Shown here in pieces: positions 9,955 through 20,280 of a stretch of DNA of 64,000 nucleotides (position 1 is its first letter; the number at the start of each line of letters is the position of its first letter). Where the stretch lies: positions 52,431-116,430 of the forward strand of contig CAYXBJ010000178.1 in NCBI GenBank assembly GCA_964463175.1, in the 5' to 3' direction. Position numbers and translations under genes: made by a program. Source of the stretch: an uncultured bacterium. Lineage in GTDB: Bacteria > Methylomirabilota > Methylomirabilia > Rokubacteriales > DASRDR01. The notes beneath the pieces were generated by a model. That model saw only the letters and a list, made by a program, of their open reading frames with translations, made no database searches and was not told the DNA's origin.

Positions 9955-11172
9955 TCACGCTGCCTGGTCATCGAGACAGTCCAAGAGCCGTCGGGCTCTG
10001 CGATTCCACGTGTATCCCTCCACGGCCGTCCGAGCATTCCGAGAGAGGCGCCCGCCCAGCTCCGCATCCCGCAGAACGTCGGTGATGCCTCGCGCCAGCG
10101 CGCCGGCATCCCCCGGCTCGACCAGGAACGCCGTCTCCCCGTGGCGGAGCACCTCCCTCATCGCCGGCAGGTCGCTGGCCACGATGGGTGTCCCGCTGGC
10201 CATGTACTCGAACAGCTTCATCGGCGAGGTGAAATACGCCGAGAATTCGGTCCACGGCCACGGAATCGTCACGACGTCGAACGCCCGGGTCCACGACGGC
10301 ACGATCGTGTTGGGAACGCGATCGACGAAGCGAAATCGGTGCTCGGGCACGCCAGCCCGCCGCGCCACATCGACATACCCGGGAACCGCATCCATCGGGC
10401 CGCCAACACAGACCAGGAGCGGCTCGCGCCCGCCGAGTACGTCGAGCTGTCCGACCGCCGCAAGCAGCTCGCGTATGCCCTTTTCCATGTCCATCGTCTG
10501 GAACCGGCCGACGTATCCGATCAGCACCCGATCCAGCGGCAGCCCGAGGCGCCGTCGGCACTCCTCCCGCGAAGGAAGGTCCTGGAAGGGCCCGAGGTCG
10601 ACGGCATCGGGCAGGATCAGCACCCGGTCGGCCGGCGCCCCCTGCCCAATCAAACGCTGAGCGATGAACGACGTCAACGGCGCGATCAGGCGAAGCCCCC
10701 GCCGTCGCCGGAACGTCCGGCGCAGCAGCACGCCCTGCCCGCCTCCCGGAACCGTGTGGGCCTCGTACACCGTGGGCTGGCCCAGCCTCGTCAGCCAGTA
10801 CGCCGTCACCGCCTCCCGCGTGTAGTAGAGGTCTGCCCGGTCGGCGCGCGCTCGAATCGCGGCGTGCAGTCCCCAGGCCACGGAATGCGCGAAGAAGAGC
10901 CCACGCATGGCCGGGCGGGGCAACACCGTCTCGAGCCTCATCACGTCCAGGTTGGGCGCGGCGGCCACCTCGAAGATCTGGCGCACGCCGTAGTACTCGA
11001 ACACCGACTGCCGGCGAAGGCGAGCGTCTACCTGGTGACGAGCCGGGTGGATGAGCCGCACATCCACGCCGGCCAGCGACAGGGCCTCGCACATCTTGCA
11101 GATCTGGTAACCGTGTGCCTTCTCGGTCGGGAGGCGCGCGTTCGCGACGTAGACCAGCCGCTTGACGGTCAT
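9955..11172 (-). CDS. Glycosyltransferase family 4
   Basis: KLFEYMASGTPIVASDLPAMREVL motif; 405 aa. Confidence 0.8.
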   Translation of the reverse strand: MTVKRLVYVANARLPTEKAHGYQICKMCEALSLAGVDVRLIHPARHQVDARLRRQSVFEYYGVRQIFEVAAAPNLDVMRLETVLPRPAMRGLFFAHSVAWGLHAAIRARADRADLYYTREAVTAYWLTRLGQPTVYEAHTVPGGGQGVLLRRTFRRRRGLRLIAPLTSFIAQRLIGQGAPADRVLILPDAVDLGPFQDLPSREECRRRLGLPLDRVLIGYVGRFQTMDMEKGIRELLAAVGQLDVLGGREPLLVCVGGPMDAVPGYVDVARRAGVPEHRFRFVDRVPNTIVPSWTRAFDVVTIPWPWTEFSAYFTSPMKLFEYMASGTPIVASDLPAMREVLRHGETAFLVEPGDAGALARGITDVLRDAELGGRLSRNARTAVEGYTWNRRARRLLDCLDDQAA

Positions 11173-11954
11173 CGGGGCACCAGACGACGGCTCACGCGGT
11201 CAAGCCGCCGGTACCAGGTCTCCGCCGGCGAGACCTTCGCCAGAAACTCGCGGGGACCGCAGTCACGATCGACCCACACCCGAGGGAGCTGGAGCCAGTC
11301 GGGACTCGGTCCGACGAGTGCAGGCTCGGTCGTGACCGCCCACCGGAATCCTGCCTCGCCGACCATGGACACGATGCGCTCGTCCAGGCGCCCCTTCGGG
11401 TACGCGAAGGACACGACTTCAGTGCCCAGGGCATCTTCCAGCGCCCGCTTCGAGTCCCTGATCTCCACGGTAGCCACCTCCGGGGAGACCTGCGGCAGCT
11501 TCACGTGGCTTACTGTGTGGGCGCCGATCTCGTGCCCGAGCCGGGCAACCTCACGGACCTGACTCCACGTCATCATGGGACACCGGCCGGCCGACGCCGG
11601 GAACAGTCCGCCGACGAACCCGGTCGTCACGAAAAAGGTCGCCTTCAGGCCGAGGCGCTCCAGGATCGGCAAGGCCACCTCGTGGTTGTCCCGCATCCCG
11701 TCGTCGAACGTCACGACGGCCACGTTCGCCGGTCCCGCGCTCGACATGGCCGCCGCAAGATCGCGGAGCCGGACGATCTGGAACCGCTCCGCGAGCAAGC
11801 TCATCTGGTGAGCGAAGACATCTCGGTCGATGCTATTTTCGAGAGACTGCCCTACCGAGTGGTAGAGGGGAATCACCCGCACGCCACGGCCGGGACCGGT
11901 CGCAGTCCGCAACGCGCGGTACACGGCGCGTCGAGCGCGGTTACGCCAGGACAT
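11169..11954 (-). CDS. Polysaccharide deacetylase (NodB-homology, CE4)
   Basis: VTFDDGMRDN (TFDDG motif 1), HTVSH (motif 2), AYPKGR. Start taken at MSWRNRARR. Confidence 0.75.
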   Translation of the reverse strand: MSWRNRARRAVYRALRTATGPGRGVRVIPLYHSVGQSLENSIDRDVFAHQMSLLAERFQIVRLRDLAAAMSSAGPANVAVVTFDDGMRDNHEVALPILERLGLKATFFVTTGFVGGLFPASAGRCPMMTWSQVREVARLGHEIGAHTVSHVKLPQVSPEVATVEIRDSKRALEDALGTEVVSFAYPKGRLDERIVSMVGEAGFRWAVTTEPALVGPSPDWLQLPRVWVDRDCGPREFLAKVSPAETWYRRLDRVSRRLVPR

Positions 11955-12615
11955 CGGCAGCTCGGGCGCACACGACGTATCCGACGGGGCATCGCGGCCA
12001 CGAAAAGCGCCTCTCGGACCACGCATCCAGGTGCATGCAGGCCCAGTAGGCCACGGTCGGCACGATCGGTCGCGGTCGGAGGAACGGCTCGAGCAGGTAC
12101 GCAGCCGAGCACCACCGGCCGCCGAGGGCCTCGATCCGGGCGTCGACGAAACCCGCCCCGTCGAGGAGACGCGCGAGGCCCTGCTCAGTGAACCGCCAGT
12201 AGTCGGTCGGCTCCGGGTCGTACGGATAGACGAGGTTGGTCATCAGGAGCAGCGTGCCTCGGCGCTTCAGCACCCGCCGCACCTCGCCGAGGAACGTCGT
12301 CGGATCCCCGATGATGTTGAGGAATCCGCTGACGATCACGACGTCCGCCACGCCGCTTCGGAACGGGACGCCGCGGCTCAGGTCCGCCACGACGTTCGGC
12401 GAATACCCGGGATCGTAGTCGACACGGATCCTGACGACCGACGAGTCATCGTTCAATCCGAGCACGCGCGCGTACCCCGGGCGCAACCCGCTGGCCAGGT
12501 CGAGCACCACGCCGTGTATCTCGCCGCGCCAGGAGCCGAGCGCCCGATAACTGAGCATGCGCGCGATGCCCTTCCCTTCTCGGACGGCTCGCCATACCTC
12601 CCGGAACTGGATCAT
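11941..12615 (-). CDS. Class I SAM-dependent methyltransferase
   Basis: VLDLASGLRPGY glycine-rich motif; ATG 12613-12615 overlaps the upstream TGA (ATGA). The preceding 108 codons of the track ORF are out-of-frame overlap with the upstream GT. Confidence 0.7.
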   Translation of the reverse strand: MIQFREVWRAVREGKGIARMLSYRALGSWRGEIHGVVLDLASGLRPGYARVLGLNDDSSVVRIRVDYDPGYSPNVVADLSRGVPFRSGVADVVIVSGFLNIIGDPTTFLGEVRRVLKRRGTLLLMTNLVYPYDPEPTDYWRFTEQGLARLLDGAGFVDARIEALGGRWCSAAYLLEPFLRPRPIVPTVAYWACMHLDAWSERRFSWPRCPVGYVVCARAADVLA

Positions 12616-13673
12616 CGCCGCCTCAGCGATTCCAGGAGCGCGACGAGCCGGTCGAGGAGCCGGTCGAGACTGTGATGCTCGACCACGCGCCGGCGCAGAG
12701 CCTCCCCCATCGCTTCCCGATCGGCCTGACCCAGCGTCAGCAGCGGGTCGAGCCGGTCCGCCAGATCCGCGGCGTCGCCGTGGCGGAACAGGAGTCGGTC
12801 GGCCCAGTCGCCGAAGGTCTCGGCGAACCCCTCGTTTGCGGCGACGCTCGGCGTCGCGCAGGCCATCGCCTCCAATACCGCCTTGTCGAGGGCGCCCGTC
12901 GGGCAGAGGTTCACGTGGACGGCGCCGCGCCGCATCCACCCCGGGACCAGCTCGCTCGAGGCCCGGCCGACCAGTCGCACCCGGTCCTCGAGACCGCGGC
13001 TCGCGATCCGATCCCGGACCTCCTCCCGGTACGGAACGTCCCGGTCCGGCGCGTCACCGACGATGGCGCACTGCGCCTCGCGCCCCCGCTTCGTCAGGAT
13101 CTCCACGGCATCCACGAGGGTCAGCAGGTCCTTGATGGGCGAGACGCGCCCAACCGACACCACGAGGCCTGGATCCCGATCCGCCGGGCGGCCGGGGGAG
13201 AACAGGCGCGTGTCGATGCCGTGGCCCAGCAGGACCGCCTTGTCGTGACGGTACGGGTAGGACGTGGCGCCGGCGGAGACGACGCGATCGGACAAGTGAT
13301 GCGCAGCCTTCAGCGTCGGCGTGAGCTGCCGGTGAGCGTACCAGGTGACGAGCGGAATCCGGCGGGGACGCAGCAGCGGAGCGGCCAGCACCGTGAACTC
13401 CGGAATCATGTGGGAGAAGCACGCGTCCACGCCGCCCTCCCGGACCGCGCGCCAGAGGTACCGGTAAAAGCGCCACGCGCGCCGCGGCTCGCTGAATCCG
13501 AGCTCCTTGCCAACCGACCAGACGCGAACGTTCGCGGGCAGATCGACCCGGCCCCTTCGCATGGTGATCACGCGCACCGTCTCGGCCCGCTCCGCAAGGC
13601 CCGCCACCCAGCGCGCCGCGAAGGCGAGATCGCTGTCGAGGTCCATCGCCAGGTTGAAGACGAGCAGCTTCAC
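12612..13673 (-). CDS. Glycosyltransferase family 4
   Basis: GT-B fold with C-terminal ...NEGFAETFGDWADRLLFRHGDAADLADRL. Start taken at VKLLVFNLAMD (GTG). Confidence 0.7.
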   Translation of the reverse strand: MKLLVFNLAMDLDSDLAFAARWVAGLAERAETVRVITMRRGRVDLPANVRVWSVGKELGFSEPRRAWRFYRYLWRAVREGGVDACFSHMIPEFTVLAAPLLRPRRIPLVTWYAHRQLTPTLKAAHHLSDRVVSAGATSYPYRHDKAVLLGHGIDTRLFSPGRPADRDPGLVVSVGRVSPIKDLLTLVDAVEILTKRGREAQCAIVGDAPDRDVPYREEVRDRIASRGLEDRVRLVGRASSELVPGWMRRGAVHVNLCPTGALDKAVLEAMACATPSVAANEGFAETFGDWADRLLFRHGDAADLADRLDPLLTLGQADREAMGEALRRRVVEHHSLDRLLDRLVALLESLRRR

Positions 13674-13686
13674 CGCGCTACCAACC

Positions 13687-14898
13687 TCAGCGGGCGGCGG
13701 CTGCGCGCTGCGAACGGCGCGCCGTGCGCTCCCACATGCCGAGAAGTCGCTGGAGATACTCGTCCTCGGACAAGAGGTAGCCGTCGACGTGCGCGCGGCC
13801 TCGGGCGCCCATCGCGCGGGCTCGCGCCGGCTCCGCGAGCAGGTCGGCCATTCGCTCGCCCAGCCAGGCCACGTCCGTGAAGCTCGGCGCCACGAAACCC
13901 GTCTCGCCGTCGACCACCAGCTCGCGGGCACTCACAAACGGTCCGGCGAGGACCGGGGTGCCCATCAGATACGACTCGAGCGCGGTCCGCGGGAGCCCCT
14001 CGTAGAGAGAAGGCAGGGTTGTCACTGCCGCCGCGCCGTACCAGCCGCGAAGCGCGGTCGGCGGCACGCTTCCGAGCCACACCACTCGCCGCTCGATGCC
14101 AAGCGTCCGCGCGAGGTCTTGTAGCTGCCCACGCAACGGACCATCGCCGGCCAGGACGAGGGCAGCGTGCGGGACGCGGCACCCCGCGTGTTGAAAAGCA
14201 CGCAGCAGCACCCCAAGATTCTTTTGGGCGACGAAGCGACCAGTGAACACCGCGAGCGGCGCCGCTCCCAGGCCGCGCGCGTCGAGCTCTCGGGCGACGG
14301 TCAGCAGCTCTTCCTCTCGGACGGGCTCCTCGAAGACCCGGACGTTGGTCGGTGAGTGGAGCCACACCATGCGGCCCGCGAGCCTCGGAAACCGGCGCTC
14401 GAGCCGCTCGATCTCGCTTCGGGAGACGACGCGGATGGTATCGGCCCCGTGGACGACCCAGGTGCCGATCCGGCTCATCGCCCGATACAGCAGTGGCCGC
14501 TCGGCGATCCATTCGCGGCAATTCAGGAAGGTCGCGTGCAGCTGCACGTTCAGGGGGATTCCGTGCCGTCGCTTGAGCCAGACGCCCAAGAGCCCGTCGT
14601 CGAAGGGGGTTTGGGTGCTGACGAGATCGAAGGCCGTCCCGAGAGACCGGACCACCGGTAGCGCGCGGCGGGTAAAGCTGAAACGACTGCTCGGAACGGG
14701 ATGGATTCTCAGGCCCGCCGCCAGGTCGACCGAGCGCGCGGGCCAGGACCGTGGCACGCGTACCACGACATCGATCTGCCCATCGGGATAGCGCTCCCGC
14801 AGAGCCTGCGTGTAGCGAATGTGCCTAGCCGGCGTGTCCCCCACTTCCGGTCCCGGCCGGGCCAGTGTCTCATCGAAGCCGATCAGCAACAGTCTCAC
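13687..14898 (-). CDS. Glycosyltransferase family 4
   Basis: EGLPRTALESYLMGTPVLAGPFVSARELV motif. GTG start 14896-14898 is preceded by a GGAGGG Shine-Dalgarno about 8 nt upstream. Confidence 0.75.
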   Translation of the reverse strand: MRLLLIGFDETLARPGPEVGDTPARHIRYTQALRERYPDGQIDVVVRVPRSWPARSVDLAAGLRIHPVPSSRFSFTRRALPVVRSLGTAFDLVSTQTPFDDGLLGVWLKRRHGIPLNVQLHATFLNCREWIAERPLLYRAMSRIGTWVVHGADTIRVVSRSEIERLERRFPRLAGRMVWLHSPTNVRVFEEPVREEELLTVARELDARGLGAAPLAVFTGRFVAQKNLGVLLRAFQHAGCRVPHAALVLAGDGPLRGQLQDLARTLGIERRVVWLGSVPPTALRGWYGAAAVTTLPSLYEGLPRTALESYLMGTPVLAGPFVSARELVVDGETGFVAPSFTDVAWLGERMADLLAEPARARAMGARGRAHVDGYLLSEDEYLQRLLGMWERTARRSQRAAAAR

Positions 14899-15096
14899 CG
14901 ACGAAGTCCCTCCGCGGAGCTCACCGCCCCGAACCCATTCGCGTGCAACACGGACCTTCGAAGCGCGGGGCGGCGCGTCGGGGCGAAATGCCCGGCCAGG
15001 GCATGCGCCAGCTCGATGGTCCCGGTATTCCAGCCGATCGCGGGAGCACCACACCGGAACAGGGTCGGAATGCGAGGCATAGCCCGTCTGAATCTC

Positions 15097-16512
15097 TCAG
15101 CTCGAGCTAGACGCGAGCCGTTCTCGCAGCATCGAGCCACCGAGTATCCGGCGAAGCATGAGACTGCAGTACACCGTGAGGCCCACGGTCTGGGCGAGCA
15201 ATGCGAGGGCGATCCCGATATTCCCAAGTCGTGGCACCACCAATACCCACGCAAGAATCAGACCAGCGCTGGTGATTCCGGTGGCGAGCACGTACGCGCC
15301 AATCCGGTCGACCGCCATGTAGGCCGGGCGAAGCCAGAAGAACACGACTTGCCAGCCGGCTGCGAGCAGGAGGATCCGGGTAACTGGAATCGCCGGAAGA
15401 TACGCCGCCCCCACCAGCAGGACGAGGAACTCGCCCACAAGCACGGCGGCGCCGGCGGTCAGGAGGGCCAGCGGCATGCCGACGAGGAGAACCAGGCGCC
15501 ACACGTGTCGCCGGAACGCTTGCACGTCGCCTAACGCCCAGATGCGAATAAGCGCGGGGTAGGTGACCGTTTGGAGTGGACCGACCAGCAGCGCCAGCAG
15601 CGCGGCCACGCTCTTCGCGATCTTGTAATAGCCGACGTCGGTGGCCCCTCGGAAGAATCCCAGAATGGCCACGTCGAGCTGCTTCGACACCATGCCCACG
15701 GTAGCGTAGGCGCTGTTGAAGGCGAGAAAGCCCAGGACCTCGCGACGACGTCCGGCCAGCGTGGCACCGGATCCGTCGCTCAGCACGCCACCCCATTGGC
15801 GACGGGAGACGAGCGCCGACGCCAGACCGTAGAGGAGGCCATTTATCACCATCGAGATCGCATTGCCCCACACCACCCCGGCGACCTGCCATCCCGCCAA
15901 TAGGAACCAGAGAACCAGGCCACACCGGACGACATTGGTTGCGGCTTCGATCACGGCGATCGTCCCGAACCGCTGGAACGTAACGAGCACAGCAGTCGAG
16001 GTTCCAGCGACGGATCTCGGCACAAGCGCCAGCGTGTACGCGAAAATCAGCCACGCTAGCTCCGGCTGGTGGACGATCCGCACCGCGGCCCAGCCCGCCG
16101 TGAACGCCACGAGCACGGACGCCCCCAGAGCCACGCACAGATCGACGAGATACCCGAGCCGGCACATGGCCAGGGCGCGCCCGCGGTCTCCCCGGGCCTG
16201 GAACTCGCCCAGGTACTTGACCGAGGCCTCGGAGGAGCGCGCGTCCAGGATGTTGTACAGCAAGCCCGGGTAGGTCATCACCAGCGCGCTGACCCCGAAC
16301 AGCGACGGTCCAAGCCACCGGGCGACCAGCACGCCCAGGAGGACGTTCAGCCCCGCCCCGGCGACGTTCGAGATGGTGAGGATCCCGACGTGTCGGACGA
16401 ACGGTCGGCGGAGCCAGGCGGTGCCGATCGCGCGCCGGGCCGCTCCCCATACCCCCGGCCGGAAGCTCTCCTCGGGGTCGAGGGGCTCCGTCGGCGACTC
16501 GAACGTCTTCAC
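15097..16512 (-). CDS. Wzx-type oligosaccharide flippase (MOP superfamily, polysaccharide biosynthesis protein)
   Basis: ~12 predicted TM helices, 471 aa, typical PST-family composition (...LAFNSAYATVGMVSKQLDVAILGFF...). Confidence 0.75.
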   Translation of the reverse strand: MKTFESPTEPLDPEESFRPGVWGAARRAIGTAWLRRPFVRHVGILTISNVAGAGLNVLLGVLVARWLGPSLFGVSALVMTYPGLLYNILDARSSEASVKYLGEFQARGDRGRALAMCRLGYLVDLCVALGASVLVAFTAGWAAVRIVHQPELAWLIFAYTLALVPRSVAGTSTAVLVTFQRFGTIAVIEAATNVVRCGLVLWFLLAGWQVAGVVWGNAISMVINGLLYGLASALVSRRQWGGVLSDGSGATLAGRRREVLGFLAFNSAYATVGMVSKQLDVAILGFFRGATDVGYYKIAKSVAALLALLVGPLQTVTYPALIRIWALGDVQAFRRHVWRLVLLVGMPLALLTAGAAVLVGEFLVLLVGAAYLPAIPVTRILLLAAGWQVVFFWLRPAYMAVDRIGAYVLATGITSAGLILAWVLVVPRLGNIGIALALLAQTVGLTVYCSLMLRRILGGSMLRERLASSSS

Positions 16513-17636
16513 CGGCTCGCCGCCGCCGCGCGCAGCGCCTGTTCGGTCTCCGCCAGCATGCTGGGCCCGGCGGACCTGGTGGACGCGCGATCAACCTTGC
16601 AGCGCCCCCCGGAGCGAATGCGGGCCACGATCGTCGTCAGCGCGGCTTGCAGCGCGGCTGGGTCCCGCGGGTCGACAAGCGCGATCTCCGGGTATCTCTC
16701 CGCCACCTCCGGCGTCCCGCAGACGGCGGTCGCCACCGCGGGAAGCCCGAGCTCTGCCGCTTCGACCAGGACGTGCGGGTAGCCTTCGTAGGTCGAGTTC
16801 AGCACGAATGCGTCACAACCGGCCACCAGCGACAGCGTCTCTTCCACGCTCCGTCGCCCCGCGAAATGCACCCGAGCCGCCACGCCCCGCTCGGCGGCGC
16901 GACGCTCCAGCGCCGCGCGCTCGGGGCCATCTCCCACGATGACGAGGCCGACACCCTCCAGTCCGGCCAGCGCGTCGATGATGCCCGCGTGCCGCTTGGC
17001 TCGGATGAGCCGGCCGGCCGTGACGAGATTGACGTCAGTCGCGAGCGGCGGGGGCATCGGCAGGATCGACGGGGGCAGTGCCACCTCGTTGGGGATCACC
17101 GTGATCCTCGAGGCTGGCACCCCCTGCGCAGAGACCCATCGGGCGAGATAGCGGCTCGGAACGATCACATGGTCGGTCCGGGACAGCCACCAGCGTCGAA
17201 CCCGCTTGAGCCACTCGACCTTCCAGCCGTACCGGCGTGTCTGGAACGGCTCGAAATCGTCGTCGGTCCATCCCCGGGCCGTCGCCCACTCCCACGCGAA
17301 GTCTCCGACGACCTTCTGCACCTCCGGACGCCGGATGACGAGGGAACAAAAAATGGCTTCGATGGCGGGCCCGGTGACGAAGCAGACGTCGGCGTTCCGG
17401 GCGAGGCGCACGGCCGTCGCCGCGAACCCGAGCCATCGCAGCGGCCGGAACGCTGCCCGGGGCCTCCGGATCACCCGAAACGAGTACTCGCGGTCGTCGA
17501 GATCGGTCCGCTCGCTGAGGGTGAGGACGGTCACGGTGGAGCCGCGCGCCCCGAGGCCAGTGGCCACCAGCGGCACGTAGGTCGCCGGTCCGCCGATGTC
17601 GGGCGGGAAGATGGGTGTCATGATCAGGACTCTCAC
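16509..17636 (-). CDS. Glycosyltransferase family 4
   Basis: MRVLIMTPIFPPDIGGPATYV N-terminus, C-terminal EGYPHVLVEAAELGLPAVATAVCGTPEV. Stop overlaps the Wzx start (ATGA). Confidence 0.8.
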   Translation of the reverse strand: MRVLIMTPIFPPDIGGPATYVPLVATGLGARGSTVTVLTLSERTDLDDREYSFRVIRRPRAAFRPLRWLGFAATAVRLARNADVCFVTGPAIEAIFCSLVIRRPEVQKVVGDFAWEWATARGWTDDDFEPFQTRRYGWKVEWLKRVRRWWLSRTDHVIVPSRYLARWVSAQGVPASRITVIPNEVALPPSILPMPPPLATDVNLVTAGRLIRAKRHAGIIDALAGLEGVGLVIVGDGPERAALERRAAERGVAARVHFAGRRSVEETLSLVAGCDAFVLNSTYEGYPHVLVEAAELGLPAVATAVCGTPEVAERYPEIALVDPRDPAALQAALTTIVARIRSGGRCKVDRASTRSAGPSMLAETEQALRAAAASR

Positions 17637-17646
17637 GTCCCGGATC

Positions 17647-18750
17647 CTATCGAGTTTGGCCCGCGCGCCGCTTCGCGTCGGCGATCACGGGCAGATAGGC
17701 CCTCATCGGCCCCGCCGGGGGGAACAGACCCACTCGCTGGCTGTAGAGCCACACGTATCCGTCGCTCAATTCTAGCGCGTACTCGAGGGATCGCTGAAGC
17801 TCCGCCGGCGTGAAGTAGTCAGGGCGGTCCTGGTAGTCGAGCATCAGGCCGAATCCCGTGCGAACGTGCTGCCGGTAGCGCTCGGGCACGGCACTCAGCG
17901 ACATCGCGTCCTGGAGGACGCGCTGGCGGCCGGCCACGAAGTGCCACCGCCGCTTGAAGCCGTACGAAAATTCGTAGCCGTCGTGGAGCACCGCGCCGGG
18001 CGGAAGCACGTCGAGCAGACCATCGAGAAAAGCGGGCAGCAGCGCATATTCCGTCAGCTCGAGACGGCGCCCGTCCCGAATCAGGGACAGCGGCAGCGTG
18101 TACGCGAGCAGCGAGAGGATCACGGGGTCCCGGAGCCAGCTGGCCACCGCCGACATGACCTGGCGCCCCCGTCGACGCGCCGCCTCCGCCATCTCCGGAA
18201 AGGGCACGTCGGCGCTCTTCCGCTGGTCCTGGTAGCTGAAGAGCCGGTAGCCGTAGTGCTCGGGGTCCAGGAGGATGCCGCGCGTGCCGGTCACGGCAGC
18301 GATTCGCGCCAGCACGGACGCATTCCCGGCGATCACCTGCCATCGCGCGTCGTCCATCCAGCTCAGGCCTTCGGCGGAGAGACCCGGCGACAGGATCCAC
18401 GGCAGGAAGTTGTGCTGGAACCGCCGCCAGGACGGCGCCCGCAGGTCGTCCACCGCGGCGTCGAATTCCTCGAAACGGAACGCGCGGCGGCCCATCACCT
18501 GCCAGCCGAGCTGGTTCTCCGTGCTCCTCGCGCCCTGCGTCCACGCATCGCGCTGGATGGCGATCAAGATGCCGATCCCGTCCAGGGGCAGGTCTTCCAT
18601 CTCAGCCCAGCCGTTCCGCACCTGCTGGGTGTCCGGGCTGCTCCAGCCGTAGTACAGGACCTTGGCGGCCGAGCTCGCCGGGGCCGGCCGCCCGCCAAGC
18701 AGGAGGCACGCGGCGGCTCCGGTCAAAATGGTGCGCCTATCGAGCTTCAT
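17647..18750 (-). CDS. Predicted Tat/Sec-exported protein of unknown function
   Basis: MKLDRRTILTGAAACLLLGG twin-arginine-like signal. 367 aa soluble domain with no recognisable motif. Embedded between a GT and the priming transferase. Confidence 0.6.
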   Translation of the reverse strand: MKLDRRTILTGAAACLLLGGRPAPASSAAKVLYYGWSSPDTQQVRNGWAEMEDLPLDGIGILIAIQRDAWTQGARSTENQLGWQVMGRRAFRFEEFDAAVDDLRAPSWRRFQHNFLPWILSPGLSAEGLSWMDDARWQVIAGNASVLARIAAVTGTRGILLDPEHYGYRLFSYQDQRKSADVPFPEMAEAARRRGRQVMSAVASWLRDPVILSLLAYTLPLSLIRDGRRLELTEYALLPAFLDGLLDVLPPGAVLHDGYEFSYGFKRRWHFVAGRQRVLQDAMSLSAVPERYRQHVRTGFGLMLDYQDRPDYFTPAELQRSLEYALELSDGYVWLYSQRVGLFPPAGPMRAYLPVIADAKRRAGQTR

Positions 18751-18801
18751 GACGTGATTGCACGCGAGCGCCGCGACGGCGCTCTAGGTGCGCCGTGGAG
18801 C

Positions 18802-20268
18802 CTAACGCCCTGACGGCATCCCTGCCACGAAGGCGGTTCGCAGAAGGATGGCCAGGTCGAGAAGGAAGCCCTGGTTCTTGATGTAGTAGAGGTCGTACTC
18901 GAACTTCTCTCGGGAGTCCTCGAGAGACGCCGCGTAGCGGAAGTTCACCTGCGCCCACCCGGTGACACCGGGCTTCACGAGGAGCCGCGTGGAGTAGAGA
19001 CTGATCGTCTCCCGGAAGCCGTCGACGAAGTACGTGCCATCAGGGTCCGTCTTTCGCTTGCCCGACCGCATGATCGGAATGCGCTGGAGGAATCCCGCCA
19101 CGAAGACTTCCCGCTCCGGCCGCGGACCGACGAGGCTCATCTCGCCCTGCAGCACATTGATCAGCTGGGGCAACTCGTCCAGGCGCCACTTGCGCAGGAA
19201 GCGCCCGATGGAGGTGGTGCGCGGATCGTCCTCGGAGGCCCAGACCGGGCCGGTTCCGGCCTCGGCGTCCGGCACCATCGTGCGGAACTTCACGACCTTG
19301 AACACCCGGCCGTGCTGACCCAGCCGCTCCTGACGGTAGAACACCGGACCCTTTGATCCCATCTTCACGAGAGCCGCGACGCACAGCATGAGAGGTGCGG
19401 TCAGGACGAACAGCAGGGACCCCAGCGTCAGGTCCACCAGGCGCTTCACGCGCGGATTCATGAGCCGGATCTGGTTGAGGCTCAGGAAGAGTCCCCAGTG
19501 GTCCTGGTTGAAGGCGAGCGGCACCCGGCCGGTGAGCGTCTCGTACACGTGCAGGCCGTCGAGGATCTCGACCCCGCGCACGCGACAGCGAATCAGCTCC
19601 ATGACGAGATCCTCGTCACGGCGGTAGGGGGGAGCCAGGACGATGCACGTGGCATTCGCTTCCGCGGCCACCTGGCTCAGCGTTGCCGCCCCGACATATA
19701 CCGGAAGGTCGACCCGGCCGCCCTCGTTCTTCCCGTCGGAGCCCAGCACGAACCCGACCGGCTGGATCGAGCCGGCCGACGAGTTGAGCAAGAGCTCCGC
19801 GATGGCTTGACCCGCGTCGCCCGTCCCCAGGATCAGGGCGCGCCGCGGCGCCACGAAGTGCGCGGCGAACTGGTGCCCCACGAGACGCCAGACCCCGGAC
19901 ACCACCAGATTGATGAGCCCGAAGAGAATGAGAATGCCTCGACCGATCCGGTCGAGGCCCTGGAAGTAGACCAGCGACAGCGCGACCAGCCACGCGATCG
20001 CGTTGGCCGACACGTGGGTGACCAGCACCAGCGCGACGTCCCGGCGAATCCGCGAGATCTGGCTGCCGACCGCGTACAGGACCACGCCGTACACCAGCGA
20101 GACCACGGCAATCTGGGGCGCCTGCCTGAAGAGGTAGACAGGCGCTCCCGCGACGCCCAGCCGGAGGACGACCGCCAGCGCCAGGGACAGAAGCGCCCAC
20201 AGCCCCTCGATCAGGAGCAGGCGGACGTCGGTTGTCCGGACGCCCTCGAATCGCCGCCAGCGGCCCAC
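18802..20268 (-). CDS. Polyprenyl-phosphate hexose-1-phosphate transferase (WbaP/CpsE/EpsB-type bacterial sugar transferase), priming enzyme
   Basis: N-terminal TM helices and a central domain. C-terminal catalytic domain reads VFYRQERLG...FKVVKFRTM...MSLVGPRPE...KPGVTGWAQV. A ~25-aa insertion precedes KPGVTGWAQV. Confidence 0.85.
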   Translation of the reverse strand: MGRWRRFEGVRTTDVRLLLIEGLWALLSLALAVVLRLGVAGAPVYLFRQAPQIAVVSLVYGVVLYAVGSQISRIRRDVALVLVTHVSANAIAWLVALSLVYFQGLDRIGRGILILFGLINLVVSGVWRLVGHQFAAHFVAPRRALILGTGDAGQAIAELLLNSSAGSIQPVGFVLGSDGKNEGGRVDLPVYVGAATLSQVAAEANATCIVLAPPYRRDEDLVMELIRCRVRGVEILDGLHVYETLTGRVPLAFNQDHWGLFLSLNQIRLMNPRVKRLVDLTLGSLLFVLTAPLMLCVAALVKMGSKGPVFYRQERLGQHGRVFKVVKFRTMVPDAEAGTGPVWASEDDPRTTSIGRFLRKWRLDELPQLINVLQGEMSLVGPRPEREVFVAGFLQRIPIMRSGKRKTDPDGTYFVDGFRETISLYSTRLLVKPGVTGWAQVNFRYAASLEDSREKFEYDLYYIKNQGFLLDLAILLRTAFVAGMPSGR

Positions 20269-20280
20269 TGCGCTTCTCTC

